Counted from the stretch's first letter, positions 28,464-38,641 are shown. The stretch: DNA of 64,000 nt from Cyclobacteriaceae bacterium (GCA_050306095.1 JBNLGO010000004.1:14-64013), one strand, 5' to 3'. Numbers and translations are program-made. Notes: a model not told the origin generated them from the sequence alone.

Positions 28464-29486
28464 TTGACAATTAGCATTTACGATACCTATAATATATTAA
28501 CAAAATTATCCTTTCGAAGAATCACCAATGGGATTCTATTGTTGCTTGGGTATCATTATTCAAGAATTAGAAAAAAAGAATTTCAATGGGGTAAACCCAT
28601 TAGTATATCTGTTGAGCCCACTACGTCCTGTAATTTACGGTGCCCCGAATGCCCCAGTGGACTACGTTCTTTTACCCGAAATACAGGAATGCTAAACAGT
28701 GTACTTTATAAAAAAATCATAGAGGAGAATTACAAGGATCTATTGTACCTCATTCTTTATTTTCAAGGTGAGCCCTATCTTCATAAGCAAATTTTTGAAT
28801 TGATACGTCTGGCCAGCAATAAAAACATTTACACTGCTACATCTACTAATGCACACTATCTGGATCGTGAAAATGCTAGAAAGACGGTTGAAAGTGGACT
28901 AGACCGATTGATCATTTCTATCGATGGTACGACTCAGGACACGTATGAGCAGTATCGTATTGGAGGTGATTTACAAAAGGTAATAGATGGGGCAAAAGAA
29001 ATTATTCATTGGAAAAAGCAATTGAAAAGTAAAACTCCCCAGGTTTATTTCCAATTTCTGGTTGTCAAACCTAATGAGCATCAAGTTAATGAGATTGAAA
29101 AAATCGCCAAAGATATTGGTGTTGACAAAGTACTTTTTAAAACTGCCCAGATCTATGATTATGAAAATGGTTCTCCTTTAATGCCAACAATCGAAAAATA
29201 TGCGCGGTATCGTAAGAATGGTGATGGGAAATTTGAGATTAAAAATAAACTGCTTAATCAATGCTGGAAAATGTGGCATTCTTGTGTCATTACCTGGGAT
29301 GGAAATGTGGTACCCTGTTGCTTTGACAAAGATGCCACACATCTATTCGGAAACATAGAAACAGATCCTCTTCAAACCATTTGGAAAAATCAAAAATACA
29401 GGCAATTCAGAAATGGATTGCTTAAGTCCCGAAAGGAAATTGATATTTGTAAAAATTGTACAGAGGGCACAAAAGTTTGGGCTTAA
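28464..29486 (+). CDS. Radical SAM/SPASM domain-containing protein
   Basis: Contains SVEPTTSCNLRCPECPSG (CX3CX2C) and a Cys-rich SPASM-like C-terminus (CWKMWHSCVITWDGNVVPCCFD ... CKNC). The ORF-track start at 28323 would overlap the divergent peptidase gene. An in-frame TTG at 28464 is more plausible, but the true start is uncertain. Confidence 0.75.
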   Translation: MTISIYDTYNILTKLSFRRITNGILLLLGYHYSRIRKKEFQWGKPISISVEPTTSCNLRCPECPSGLRSFTRNTGMLNSVLYKKIIEENYKDLLYLILYFQGEPYLHKQIFELIRLASNKNIYTATSTNAHYLDRENARKTVESGLDRLIISIDGTTQDTYEQYRIGGDLQKVIDGAKEIIHWKKQLKSKTPQVYFQFLVVKPNEHQVNEIEKIAKDIGVDKVLFKTAQIYDYENGSPLMPTIEKYARYRKNGDGKFEIKNKLLNQCWKMWHSCVITWDGNVVPCCFDKDATHLFGNIETDPLQTIWKNQKYRQFRNGLLKSRKEIDICKNCTEGTKVWA

Positions 29487-29629
29487 TTAGTCGTTTGATT
29501 TGAATTGGGTTCGCATTTGCATGTTCCTCCGCCACAGCTAGACTTTGCTTTTGACTGTCGAATTAAATTCCGAACAATATAGAAAACTGCTCCTGCAAAT
29601 AATACCCCTACAATTATTCCTTGAACCAT
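29483..29629 (-). CDS. 48-aa Cys-rich single-TM peptide resembling the FeoB-associated Cys-rich membrane protein family
   Basis: Manual translation gives MVQGIIVGVLFAGAVFYIVRNLIRQSKAKSSCGGGTCKCEPNSNQTTN-TAA. This is an N-terminal TM helix, a basic stretch, then a CGGGxCxC tail. It is below the ORF-track size cut-off and overlaps the radical SAM stop codon by 4 nt. Confidence 0.5.
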   Translation of the reverse strand: MVQGIIVGVLFAGAVFYIVRNLIRQSKAKSSCGGGTCKCEPNSNQTTN

Positions 29630-29691
29630 AATTTAAAGTTACAAAAATTACATTACCCTCTAACTTTAAAAACTGTAACAGATGAAAATTG

Positions 29692-30516
29692 TTACTTATA
29701 AAATTTTTGAACTGCAGTGGTCATACCCTCATGAACAAAACCATTAGAGGCAACAATTTGACTACCATATAAATAATCATCTTTTCCTTTATAATCTGTC
29801 ACTTTACCTCCTGCCCTTTCTAAAATGAGTGAGCCCGCGGCAACATCCCAGGGGTTTAAACCTACTTCAAAAAACCCTTCTACCCTTCCGCAAGCCACAT
29901 AGGCCAGATCCGCGGCAGCGCTACCCGTTCTTCGAAGCCCATGCGAATGCTGCACAAAATATTTCATGGTATTGGTGAACTGATCAATCTGTGAAAATTC
30001 CCGATATGGAAAGCCCGTGATATACAAACCATCTTTAAAATCTTTCACTGGAGAAACCTTGATTTCCTTTCTATTTAAAAAGGCAGGACTTTCATCGGTA
30101 GCATGAAAACACTCATCTCGGGTAATCTCATATACGACTCCTAAAATTAACTTATCATATTGCGTCAAAGCTATGCTTACAGAGAAAGGAGGAACACCAT
30201 GAAGGAAATTTGTGGTACCATCCAGTGGATCTACTATCCAGTTAAACTCCTTCGCCTTCTCAGTTTCGGTTCCTTCTTCGGTAATAAATCCTGAATCCGG
30301 AATGGTAAACTTTAGGGTCTGAACAATCATTTTTTCAGCCTCAAAATCCACATACGAAACCAAATTGTTAAGGCTTTTCTCTTCAATTTTAGATCGATCA
30401 AAATTTTCTCCTTCATGACGGATAAACTGGCCAGTTCGCTGAGCAATTTTTATAACCTCATTAAGAACATGGTCTTTATCAATGGCTGTGGGTTGTTGTT
30501 TGTTGGTTGACATCAT
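29692..30516 (-). CDS. Inositol monophosphatase family protein (SuhB-like)
   Basis: 274 aa with IMPase motifs WIVDPLDGTTNF and GSAAADLAYVACG. Confidence 0.9.
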   Translation of the reverse strand: MMSTNKQQPTAIDKDHVLNEVIKIAQRTGQFIRHEGENFDRSKIEEKSLNNLVSYVDFEAEKMIVQTLKFTIPDSGFITEEGTETEKAKEFNWIVDPLDGTTNFLHGVPPFSVSIALTQYDKLILGVVYEITRDECFHATDESPAFLNRKEIKVSPVKDFKDGLYITGFPYREFSQIDQFTNTMKYFVQHSHGLRRTGSAAADLAYVACGRVEGFFEVGLNPWDVAAGSLILERAGGKVTDYKGKDDYLYGSQIVASNGFVHEGMTTAVQKFYK

Positions 30517-31202
30517 TTATTCTTTTTACCTTCTATTACGATAACAATTTCGCCTTTCACTGTGTTTTTTTCAAAGTATTTTTTTATTTCCGCTAAAGAT
30601 CCGTTTATCGTCTCTTCATAAATTTTCGTCAATTCCCTGGAAACAGAAGCTTTGCGATCTTCACCGAAAAATTCGATAAACTGTGTTAATGCTTTTACTA
30701 ACCGATGGGGGGACTCATACAATACGATTGTCCTTTCCTCCGCTGCTAATTTTTCGAGCTTGGTTTTCCTTCCTTTTTTATGTGGCAAAAACCCTTCAAA
30801 TACAAATGCTTCGGAAGGTAATCCTGATTTGACCAACGCAGGGACAAATGCCGTGGGGCCTGGTAAACACTCTACTTTTAATCCTGCGCTTATCGTTTCA
30901 CGCGTCAATAAAAATCCTGGGTCAGAAATGGCAGGGGTTCCTGCATCAGAAACCAGCGCCAGCACCTTCCCTTCAAGCATTTGATCAACTAATCCTTCTA
31001 CAGTTTTATGCTCATTATGAATATGGTAGCTCTTCATAGCTCCTTCTATTTCATAATGTTTCAGAAGTTTTCCTGTGGTCCTTGTGTCTTCAGCTAAAAT
31101 GAGATCTGCTTCTTTTAGCACTCTAATTGCTCTAAGAGTTATATCTTCCAGATTTCCAATTGGGGTAGGAACGAGGTATAGAGCTGTCTTTTCCGGTGTC
31201 AA
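30513..31202 (-). CDS. rsmI: 16S rRNA (cytidine1402-2'-O)-methyltransferase
   Basis: 229 aa with LYLVPTPIGNLEDITLRA, AEDTR and SDAGTPAISDPG. The start is a TTG, and the stop overlaps the next gene's start (ATGA). Confidence 0.93.
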   Translation of the reverse strand: MTPEKTALYLVPTPIGNLEDITLRAIRVLKEADLILAEDTRTTGKLLKHYEIEGAMKSYHIHNEHKTVEGLVDQMLEGKVLALVSDAGTPAISDPGFLLTRETISAGLKVECLPGPTAFVPALVKSGLPSEAFVFEGFLPHKKGRKTKLEKLAAEERTIVLYESPHRLVKALTQFIEFFGEDRKASVSRELTKIYEETINGSLAEIKKYFEKNTVKGEIVIVIEGKKNK

Positions 31203-31209
31203 TCAAGTG

Positions 31210-31455
31210 CTATTTTAAGTTACTATAAATTTTCTCAATAGCAGCGGCCAATTGCCGGTCTTTATCAGTAACCACATTACCAGCATCATGCGTAGTCAGG
31301 TTAATTTCAACTTTATTGTACACATTACTCCAATTAGGATGGTGATTTAACTTTTCTGCAATGATGGCTACCTGGGCCATAAACCCAAATGCCTGAACAA
31401 AATCTTTAAATTCGAATGTTGCGGTAAGTTTATTGTCAGCTTCTTTAAACATCAT
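31210..31455 (-). CDS. 4a-hydroxytetrahydrobiopterin dehydratase (PCD/DCoH family)
   Basis: 81 aa with the HHPNW....V.I.L.THD signature. Confidence 0.9.
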   Translation of the reverse strand: MMFKEADNKLTATFEFKDFVQAFGFMAQVAIIAEKLNHHPNWSNVYNKVEINLTTHDAGNVVTDKDRQLAAAIEKIYSNLK

Positions 31456-32162
31456 AGTTCTGCTTTAATAATGTATTGATACTGTAAACTATTCATGTCA
31501 ATTGATATATTGTTAAATCCTGCATCTTCCAACTCGCTTTTCACTTGAGAAGGAGTAACTTTTAATTCCTCTGATGGACCTATTGGCATTTCTCCGGATT
31601 TAAAATCGACAATTAAAATATACCCTCCTTTTTTCAAGCCGGGTATGATCTTTTTTAAATACTCCGACCTGTTTTCAAGGTAGGAATAAACATTGACCAT
31701 GAATGCTATATCCACTTCTCCCGGATTTATATTCGGATCGTTTTCTTCTGTCAAACGAGTGACAATTGAATTTGCAATACGCGGTGGATAATCTACTTTT
31801 TGCTCTTCTATATAATCTAAAAATTTTGAATCAATGTCGATAGCAATCACTTTTCCGGCACGTAATGCAAGGGGAAAAGTAAAATACCCCGTACCAGAGC
31901 CAATATCCGCTATACTTTTATTCTCTATGTCTCCCAATTTTCTTAATACAAGCGCAGGATTTTGCCATTTTTCCCTCTCGGTCCGATCAAATAGCTGGTC
32001 TTCTATGTTCTGATTATTGTCAACAACTTCGATAACGGTATCAGCAGATAATTGTGCGGAATCCAATTCTTCTTCATTTGAAGCGGATCTTTTTGAAGAA
32101 CAAGACCAAAATGCAAATGTCAAAAGCAGGAAAACAAAAGATGTGATTACGTGTTTTATCAA
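31452..32162 (-). CDS. Class I SAM-dependent methyltransferase with a lipoprotein-type signal
   Basis: 236 aa with the SAM motif I ([16 protein letters not shown]). The N-terminus has a lipobox (LTFAFWSC). The start is a TTG. Confidence 0.75.
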   Translation of the reverse strand: MIKHVITSFVFLLLTFAFWSCSSKRSASNEEELDSAQLSADTVIEVVDNNQNIEDQLFDRTEREKWQNPALVLRKLGDIENKSIADIGSGTGYFTFPLALRAGKVIAIDIDSKFLDYIEEQKVDYPPRIANSIVTRLTEENDPNINPGEVDIAFMVNVYSYLENRSEYLKKIIPGLKKGGYILIVDFKSGEMPIGPSEELKVTPSQVKSELEDAGFNNISIDMNSLQYQYIIKAEL

Positions 32163-32220
32163 TGCTTATTAAATGTTAATTTTATTACACATTATTATGA
32201 ATCCTTTTTAAATTGGTTCC

Positions 32221-32658
32221 ATGAATATCAAAGATAACCTTACTCCAGAAGAATATAAATCTATCAAAGATAGTTTTTTTCATATTTACCATCACTTTTT
32301 AAACAAAGGCCCAATATCAAAAGAATATGTGACTTGCCTGTTTAAATGGGGTGTTCAGCTAAATGTAAACGAAGAAGAAGTAGTTAAGTACATTGATACA
32401 GAGGATAATTTAAATCACAACAATGAAAAGGTGAATTTGTTAGAGCATCTGTACAACCTTGTTTACATGATTTACCTTGACAATGTAGTGGAAGACTCTG
32501 AATTAAAAGTTGTGACAGATTTTGCTGAGACACTAGGATTTAAAGCAAGCAGCGTTAATGACTTGCTAAAGGCAATTGTTACTGCTCCGGACGATGGTTT
32601 TGATTATACTAATGTGAAGAACCAACTAAAGGAAATTATTGAAACTGCTGTAGGGTAA
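32221..32658 (+). CDS. Hypothetical cytoplasmic helical protein (possibly TerB-like fold)
   Basis: A 145-aa ORF with an ATG start, in a clean intergenic context divergent from the methyltransferase gene. I recognised no diagnostic motif. Confidence 0.4.
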   Translation: MNIKDNLTPEEYKSIKDSFFHIYHHFLNKGPISKEYVTCLFKWGVQLNVNEEEVVKYIDTEDNLNHNNEKVNLLEHLYNLVYMIYLDNVVEDSELKVVTDFAETLGFKASSVNDLLKAIVTAPDDGFDYTNVKNQLKEIIETAVG

Positions 32659-32662
32659 AATT

Positions 32663-32929
32663 TTAAAGAGCTATGATTCCCGGGATGGTATGTGCCTTCT
32701 GATACACCTCAATCACTTCATCTGTATGATTGATCAGCTTTTTCAAAGTATAACTTAGGTACGAACCGTTTTTAGACTTTTTGATCTGCCATTTCCATTC
32801 ATTTTTTGGAAAAATGTCATACATAAGCTCCTCCTTATCCTGTGGAACAATAAACTTAAACATGTATATGGATGGCCATTTATGCTCAGCATCTAATTTC
32901 TCACGAAATGCCTGATAAGACTTTGCCAT
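32663..32929 (-). CDS. DUF493 (YbeD-like) family protein
   Basis: 88 aa. The size and the FP..Y.FKFIVP pattern are typical of DUF493. Confidence 0.55.
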   Translation of the reverse strand: MAKSYQAFREKLDAEHKWPSIYMFKFIVPQDKEELMYDIFPKNEWKWQIKKSKNGSYLSYTLKKLINHTDEVIEVYQKAHTIPGIIAL

Positions 32930-32955
32930 GCGTCAGGAAGTAAATAGTGAATAAA

Positions 32956-33001
32956 AAAAGCTATAGGTGATTTTGAAGAATTAAAATCACCTATAGCTTT
33001 T
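32956..33001 (-). terminator. Rho-independent terminator of the ppiD-like gene
   Basis: AGCTATAGGTGATTTT / AAAATCACCTATAGCT is a perfect 16-bp stem (extendable by A:T pairs) with an 8-nt loop. On the minus strand it is followed by a U-run. Confidence 0.8.
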
Positions 33002-33018
33002 AATTTTTTTATTATCTC

Positions 33019-35136
33019 TTAAAAGAATTTATATCGATAATCTTTAATATCGGCATTCTCTTTTATTGCTTCTGATATTCCAAATGAAACTCTGCTGGAT
33101 GCCCTTTGCTCCTGCTGGGTTTTATAGGATGAATAATCAGCAATTACCGGTGCTTCTGTAAGCGCCTGAAGTTCAACAATTACCACCCCGTTTTCAGTTT
33201 CAATAGGTTGGCTAATATCTCCTTCTTTCATGCCAAATACTGTCCCTACAACTTCAGGAACAAACCCAACATTTGGAAGGTTATTGGAAGACAATTTCAA
33301 GTCACTCGAAGAATAAACATTCGCATCTTCACCATAAGCTGACGCAATTTCATCAATTGATCCACTTAGGCCTTCTAATTTGCCAGAGATATATTCAGCT
33401 TGTTTTTGAGCAACTACCTTGGTAGTAATTTCATCTTTTACATCCTCAAACCCAGCTTCACCCTCTTCAACTTCACTTGTCAATACAGCTACTACATATT
33501 GATCATCCAATTCAAACACGGTCGAAACATCTCCAACAGATGCATCGCTAAATGCCCATTGAATGATCGATCGTGCATTTCCAAGCACATCGATTCTTCG
33601 ATCATTTTTACCCAGATCATTAGCTGTTTTTACTACCAATGTATCCTCCTGTGCACTTGCAATAAAAGAATCGTAGTTGGTACTTTTACTTGCTAACAAT
33701 TCAGCTTTTAAATAGGCTTCATTTATTGTCTCATCTCCAGGGGTGATTTCTCGTGCTATCGTTGCTACTTTAAATGAAGCATTTTTAGGTGTTTCAGTTA
33801 CATCAATTATATGATATCCAAACTGGCTTTCAATAGCTCGTGGAATTAATCCTTCTTTTGAAGCTCCAAATACTGCTTCTTCAAAAGGCTTAACCATTTT
33901 GTTTTTTCCGAACCACCCCAAGTCACCACCTTTTACAGCTGACCCTGGATCTTCACTATTATCTCTTGCTAACTCAGCAAAATCAGCTCCATTGCGAAGT
34001 TGTCGAATAAGTTGATCAGCTTTCGCTTTGGCTTCTGCCTTGCTTTCGTCACTATTATCTGTCCACTTAATCAAAATGTGTCTTGCTTTAGCTGATTCGA
34101 TGGTATCAGTACTTATTTCTGAAACTTTGTAAAGGGTTAAATAACCATTAACAAAATAGGCGCCTCTCACATCCCCTTCAGTAAGGTTGCTATAGTTACT
34201 TTGGAGATTTCGTGGCAATGTTTCGATTGAATATGTTTGATAAAAGGTTCTTAGATCAGACCTGTTTTTAGCAAACAAAGAATCATTTGTAGAACTTTTA
34301 AATTCAGGGATTAACCGATCCATTTCTTCTTTGAAAAACAACGTATCATAAGATGAAGGAACTACAGGAATTGATACATAACTCAATCCTCTTGATTCTT
34401 CTACTTCATATTCACTTTTATGTTCATTATAGTATGCTTTTAAATCAGCATCGCTATAACTGATATTTGCAGTATCAACCGTATAGTTTTGCACATATAA
34501 GTATTTTACCTCAGCAACGGTTGACTCCTCATTGTAGAAGTTTTCAGCTTCCGCTTCAGTAGCATATATAGATTTAACTAATAGGTTATCAAATTTCAAT
34601 CGTACACGACCTGGATCAAGACTTTCTTCAAACAACCTCCATTGCACTTTATATTGGTTATTGTCAGGTAGTTCAGCCATTTGACGTAAGTAGGCTGTCA
34701 ATTGATTTCTATCGAACTGTCCTGTCTGAGGATTAGTAAATGATTGTTTGATATTAAAATCAATATTATTACCATCAATCATGTCTAAATGTTCCTCCTG
34801 AGTAACCGTAATACCTAATTCATCATATTGCTCCTGAAAAGCATTTTTCACAATCAATAATTCCCAGGCTTGTTGACGAAGTGTATTTTGATCATTTTCA
34901 GTAGGATTTCTCTGGGTATTGATCATGAAACTATTGGTCATATACTCAAGTTCCTGCTGAAATTCATCGTAATTGATTTCATTACCGGCAATTTCGCCAA
35001 TAGTCGTATCATTTTTATTAAAAATACTTGAGGTGGAGCTAAAGAGGTCAGTACCTACTATAAACAACCCCATCGCTACAGCAACGATCCCCACTGCAAG
35101 TCCTGCTCTTTGTCTTATTTTATTGATAAGTGCCAT
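33019..35136 (-). CDS. Periplasmic chaperone / peptidyl-prolyl isomerase (PpiD-like, SurA-N plus parvulin domain)
   Basis: 705 aa with an N-terminal membrane anchor and a parvulin rotamase segment (ARHILIK ... GGDLGWFGKNKMVKPFEEAVF ... SQFGYHII). Confidence 0.85.
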   Translation of the reverse strand: MALINKIRQRAGLAVGIVAVAMGLFIVGTDLFSSTSSIFNKNDTTIGEIAGNEINYDEFQQELEYMTNSFMINTQRNPTENDQNTLRQQAWELLIVKNAFQEQYDELGITVTQEEHLDMIDGNNIDFNIKQSFTNPQTGQFDRNQLTAYLRQMAELPDNNQYKVQWRLFEESLDPGRVRLKFDNLLVKSIYATEAEAENFYNEESTVAEVKYLYVQNYTVDTANISYSDADLKAYYNEHKSEYEVEESRGLSYVSIPVVPSSYDTLFFKEEMDRLIPEFKSSTNDSLFAKNRSDLRTFYQTYSIETLPRNLQSNYSNLTEGDVRGAYFVNGYLTLYKVSEISTDTIESAKARHILIKWTDNSDESKAEAKAKADQLIRQLRNGADFAELARDNSEDPGSAVKGGDLGWFGKNKMVKPFEEAVFGASKEGLIPRAIESQFGYHIIDVTETPKNASFKVATIAREITPGDETINEAYLKAELLASKSTNYDSFIASAQEDTLVVKTANDLGKNDRRIDVLGNARSIIQWAFSDASVGDVSTVFELDDQYVVAVLTSEVEEGEAGFEDVKDEITTKVVAQKQAEYISGKLEGLSGSIDEIASAYGEDANVYSSSDLKLSSNNLPNVGFVPEVVGTVFGMKEGDISQPIETENGVVIVELQALTEAPVIADYSSYKTQQEQRASSRVSFGISEAIKENADIKDYRYKFF

Positions 35137-35212
35137 ATTAGTTTTGATTAAAGTGCGGCAAAAATAGGTACTTCATTGCTTAAAATCAAAAAATTAACTT
35201 TGCTTATTTCTG

Positions 35213-36499
35213 CTAGTTACCTGAAGTTCCGCTTTGGTCAATTGTAAGTTTAACTTTATCTATTCTGTTTTCTTCTATTGAAAGAATTGTGAAGGTAAGA
35301 TGTTCTAATTCAATATTATCATGAATCTCAGGAAAATCTTTGTTGATGGACAAAATTAACCCTCCGAGTGTATCATATTCTCCAAGTGGCAATTCCAAAG
35401 AATACTTGTCATTCAGATGATCAATTTCCTGCCTCGCGCTAAATATATAGGTGTGATCATTTACCTTCACTTCCACCAGATCTTCTTCATCATGCTCATC
35501 CTGAATCTCACCAAATATTTCTTCAATGATATCTTCGATAGTGACAATACCGGATGTTCCACCAAATTCATCAACCACCAGGGCAATACTTTTTCGAAGG
35601 GTGATAAACTGGATCATCACTTCAGAAGCTAATATAGTTTCCGGTACGATGATGATGGGTGACAAAATACTTTCAATGTCAGCGGGCTTTTTGAATAATT
35701 CAACGGAATTACAATACCCGATAATGTTATCAATGGATTCCTTATAGACTAAAATCTTAGAATACCCACTTTTAATAAAAGCCTTTTTAATATCATCAAT
35801 AGTATCCGCTATATCCACTGCTTCAAGATCCGTTCGGGGCACCATACAATCCCGGACTTTTACGGATTTAAACTCCAGGGCATTGGTAAATATCTTTGGA
35901 TACACTTCAAGTTCTTCATCATCTTCGCCTGATTTCACATTGCTTACAATGAAATGATTTAAGTCTGTCAATCCAAACACAGGTTCTTTCTCAGAATATT
36001 CTAATTTAAAGACCTTTTGCAAAAGAATTTTACTTAAAAACGCGATAGTCCAAACTGCCGGATATAATAGGATATAGATGACATAAAAGGGAACGGAAAA
36101 AAACGAAAGCATTTTATTAGGCTTGATTAGAAAAACACTTTTCGGTGTAAATTCTGCCACTACTAATACCAAAATGGTTGCCAACAAACTTTGTACTAAG
36201 AGCTTTACCCAATCATAATGTAGCTCAATAGGCAAATAGGTGTCAATGACCGGAATCAGCAAATACGCCATGAAAATACCATAAATGACCAGCGCTATGT
36301 TATTTCCTATTAAGATGGTGCTTATAAACCAGCTTGGTCTTTTAAGAAATCTGGATATAATACGGTCACTTAGCCTGCCTTGCTGATTTCCTAATTCTAT
36401 TTGTAATTTATCTGCTGATAGATAGGCGATTTCTATACCTGAAAACATGGCAGACAGAATCAAAGATATGATGATGATGACAATGTGCTGTGTTTCCAT
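35213..36499 (-). CDS. Hemolysin-family protein (CNNM/DUF21 membrane domain, CBS pair and CorC_HlyC domain)
   Basis: 428 aa with four N-terminal TM helices, then CBS-like segments (VRDCMVPR.., ALVVDEFGGTSGIVTIEDIIEEIFGEI) and a transporter-associated C-terminus. Confidence 0.85.
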   Translation of the reverse strand: METQHIVIIIISLILSAMFSGIEIAYLSADKLQIELGNQQGRLSDRIISRFLKRPSWFISTILIGNNIALVIYGIFMAYLLIPVIDTYLPIELHYDWVKLLVQSLLATILVLVVAEFTPKSVFLIKPNKMLSFFSVPFYVIYILLYPAVWTIAFLSKILLQKVFKLEYSEKEPVFGLTDLNHFIVSNVKSGEDDEELEVYPKIFTNALEFKSVKVRDCMVPRTDLEAVDIADTIDDIKKAFIKSGYSKILVYKESIDNIIGYCNSVELFKKPADIESILSPIIIVPETILASEVMIQFITLRKSIALVVDEFGGTSGIVTIEDIIEEIFGEIQDEHDEEDLVEVKVNDHTYIFSARQEIDHLNDKYSLELPLGEYDTLGGLILSINKDFPEIHDNIELEHLTFTILSIEENRIDKVKLTIDQSGTSGN

Positions 36500-36502
36500 C
36501 AG

Positions 36503-36730
36503 TTATTTCTTCCGGGATGACTTCTTCTTACCACCTTGATTCTTTTTAGTCTTTTTTTCTTCTTCCTCCTTTTCCTTGTTCTTTTTCAATATACTGTAAA
36601 GAAACAATAATGCTAAACTTAGCATAAACAACCAATAGGATTCATATAAACCAACAGTGAATGTTTGGTGTGCTCCTATGATTAATAAACTTAAAGAAAT
36701 AAAAAAAATAATGGATTGAAAAATGCTCAT
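36503..36730 (-). CDS. Small two-TM membrane protein with a Lys/Glu-rich tail
   Basis: 75 aa, wedged between lptC (1-nt TAATG overlap) and the CNNM gene (3-nt gap), which suggests co-translation. No family was recognised. Confidence 0.4.
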   Translation of the reverse strand: MSIFQSIIFFISLSLLIIGAHQTFTVGLYESYWLFMLSLALLFLYSILKKNKEKEEEEKKTKKNQGGKKKSSRKK

Positions 36731-37257
36731 TATTCTGTCATATCGATTATACCCGTTGTTTTTTTCATGGTCCAGGTGGTAAACTCCTGGTCAGCTTCAA
36801 GCCCCTCCCCTTTTACAATTTGATTTTCGGTTTCAATCATGACGAATTTATCGGTGTAGATTTTCTCCTCTTTGATATTCCAAAATAATTCTTCCGTGAG
36901 AAGTTTTTCTTTCGACACTAATCCAACCATTTCAACATTACCCGTGGCCTTGTATTCGTTATCTTCCTTTGTATAATAACAGTGATTAGAACTCAAGGTA
37001 TTTGTCATTCCCCCTTTCTTATCATAAAATTCAATAAACACACCTTCGGGAAATTCCATATCGCCATTTTCAAAATTCAATCGTACAGGAGTCTCAATTT
37101 TTAATTTTACGACAGCAGAGTCGCTGTAATAATTCACTGCATCATAAACCTCCGAAATTGGCCCTTCATAGACTGGCGCATTCAACACATTTTCATTACC
37201 TCCAGAGCAGGAGTACAAAGCTATTATTGAAAGGATTACTAAGGTGTATTTGATCAT
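36730..37257 (-). CDS. lptC: LPS export ABC transporter periplasmic protein LptC
   Basis: 175 aa with a lipoprotein/anchor N-terminus. The C-terminal pattern (ATGNVEMV...LLTEELFWNIKEEKIYTDKFVMIETENQIVKGEGLEADQEF) matches Bacteroidota LptC. Confidence 0.7.
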   Translation of the reverse strand: MIKYTLVILSIIALYSCSGGNENVLNAPVYEGPISEVYDAVNYYSDSAVVKLKIETPVRLNFENGDMEFPEGVFIEFYDKKGGMTNTLSSNHCYYTKEDNEYKATGNVEMVGLVSKEKLLTEELFWNIKEEKIYTDKFVMIETENQIVKGEGLEADQEFTTWTMKKTTGIIDMTE

Positions 37258-37264
37258 AACAAAA

Positions 37265-37290
37265 AAAGCGGCCTTATATAAGACCGCTTT
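37265..37290 (-). terminator. Rho-independent terminator-like hairpin after the TPR gene
   Basis: On the minus strand, AAAGCGGUC-UUAUAUAA-GGCCGCUUU (with one G:U pair) runs into a U-tract. The hairpin ends 7 nt before the lptC ATG. Confidence 0.55.
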
Positions 37291-37308
37291 AATATTAAGG
37301 TAATATTA

Positions 37309-38628
37309 TTAATCTCTTTTTTGAATTTTTACTGTTTCACCTACCCAACAACCAATCTGAACTTGTTGATCAATTTGATAGTTCCAGGTGAAAATATCCT
37401 CCATAGAAGGGAACTGTTCTTTTGCTTTTGCCATTCCACTGTTATCACCAGCTTTAGCATACCAGTTATATGCAGCTATAAATACCGCTCTGTCATATAC
37501 TGGATCTTTTTCTTCTTTACAGTCATTGTAGCTATTCATATAAAGCGCTCCAATGAAACTAGCTGCTGAAGTGTTTTGTGGATTAATAGAAATTGCCTTT
37601 TTAGCATAATCACGAGCAGAGCTTTTTCGACCTCTTTTTAATTGAATATTAGCTAATGATAAATATGCTTCAGATTCCAATTTATTATCATCCGTAAGAT
37701 TAGCTGCTTCGGTATAATATTTCTCAGCACACTCATAATCTCCTGTTTCATAGCATCTACCTGCAATAAGCTTCGCTAGAGTAAACTCAGGCTTTTCATT
37801 TTCAAAAATGTACTTAGCAGCATCTACAGCTACTGATCCAGCATCTAAACATTTACCAGCAATAGACAATCTTAAGATTGTTTTTGCTTGCTTCAAATCT
37901 GGGTTTTCCATGAATTTAGGCCCTAATGTGTTGCTGATAAAATCGCAATCAACATCGATCATTTCAACCAACATATTATTTATTTGGTCTAAAATAATAT
38001 TAGCTTTTTCCGGATCAGTTTTATTGTTTTCTCTTTTGTAAAGCATGATTCCCTCTACCTGAGCAAAAAGATCTAATACCTCTTCGTTAGAAAAAACGGA
38101 TGATTCTTTTTGATATCTTCTCACCACATCAAAGTATGCCAAGACATTATTATCCCAGGTTTTGTTACCATTTAACTCAACAGATTCCTTAAAAAGCTCA
38201 TAAAGCTCCTTATATTTTGAAGGTTCACTTTTGTGGTATTTATAAGCGGCAAATGCTTTTCTATTTAAAACACTAGCTTTTTTATTAAAATACTTGATTC
38301 TTAAATCATATAACAATAGTGATGAATCCTGATAAACTTTTTTCTTAGCAGCATCTTTCTCTGCATCCGCAAGTTCATCATATATTTTACTACCATTGAT
38401 ATAAATGGAGCTATTTAAGTCAGGAGCTTTTACTAGTAACCAACTCAAATTGTTGGCCGCCTGCCTGTACATTTTTGATTTTAATGCATCTGAGTAAAGT
38501 GCATTTTTTTCTTTGGCTTTTTCAGCTATTGCTTCGTCATCTGGCCATTTCCATCCTGGCTGAGCCTGTACCGCTAACGTAAAAAATGTCAATAACATTA
38601 ATAACGTTATAAAAGTCTTTGATTTCAT
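37309..38628 (-). CDS. Tetratricopeptide repeat protein, secreted
   Basis: A signal peptide (MKSKTFITLLMLLTFFTLAVQAQ) begins at the internal ATG 38628. The track start at 38688 would overlap the upstream gene. TPR-like repeats occur in the C-terminal half (e.g. ECAEKYYTEAANL, RDYAKKAISINPQN). Confidence 0.7.
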   Translation of the reverse strand: MKSKTFITLLMLLTFFTLAVQAQPGWKWPDDEAIAEKAKEKNALYSDALKSKMYRQAANNLSWLLVKAPDLNSSIYINGSKIYDELADAEKDAAKKKVYQDSSLLLYDLRIKYFNKKASVLNRKAFAAYKYHKSEPSKYKELYELFKESVELNGNKTWDNNVLAYFDVVRRYQKESSVFSNEEVLDLFAQVEGIMLYKRENNKTDPEKANIILDQINNMLVEMIDVDCDFISNTLGPKFMENPDLKQAKTILRLSIAGKCLDAGSVAVDAAKYIFENEKPEFTLAKLIAGRCYETGDYECAEKYYTEAANLTDDNKLESEAYLSLANIQLKRGRKSSARDYAKKAISINPQNTSAASFIGALYMNSYNDCKEEKDPVYDRAVFIAAYNWYAKAGDNSGMAKAKEQFPSMEDIFTWNYQIDQQVQIGCWVGETVKIQKRD

Positions 38629-38641
38629 AATTCTAAATCCT

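Noticed and set aside
35213-36499. Possible gliding-motility gene gldE (CNNM/CBS/CorC architecture).
   Set aside because: The architecture is shared with generic hemolysin-family/CorC proteins. No gldD-like neighbour is present, and the context (lptC, ppiD-like) fits the non-GldE paralogue. I therefore kept the generic call.
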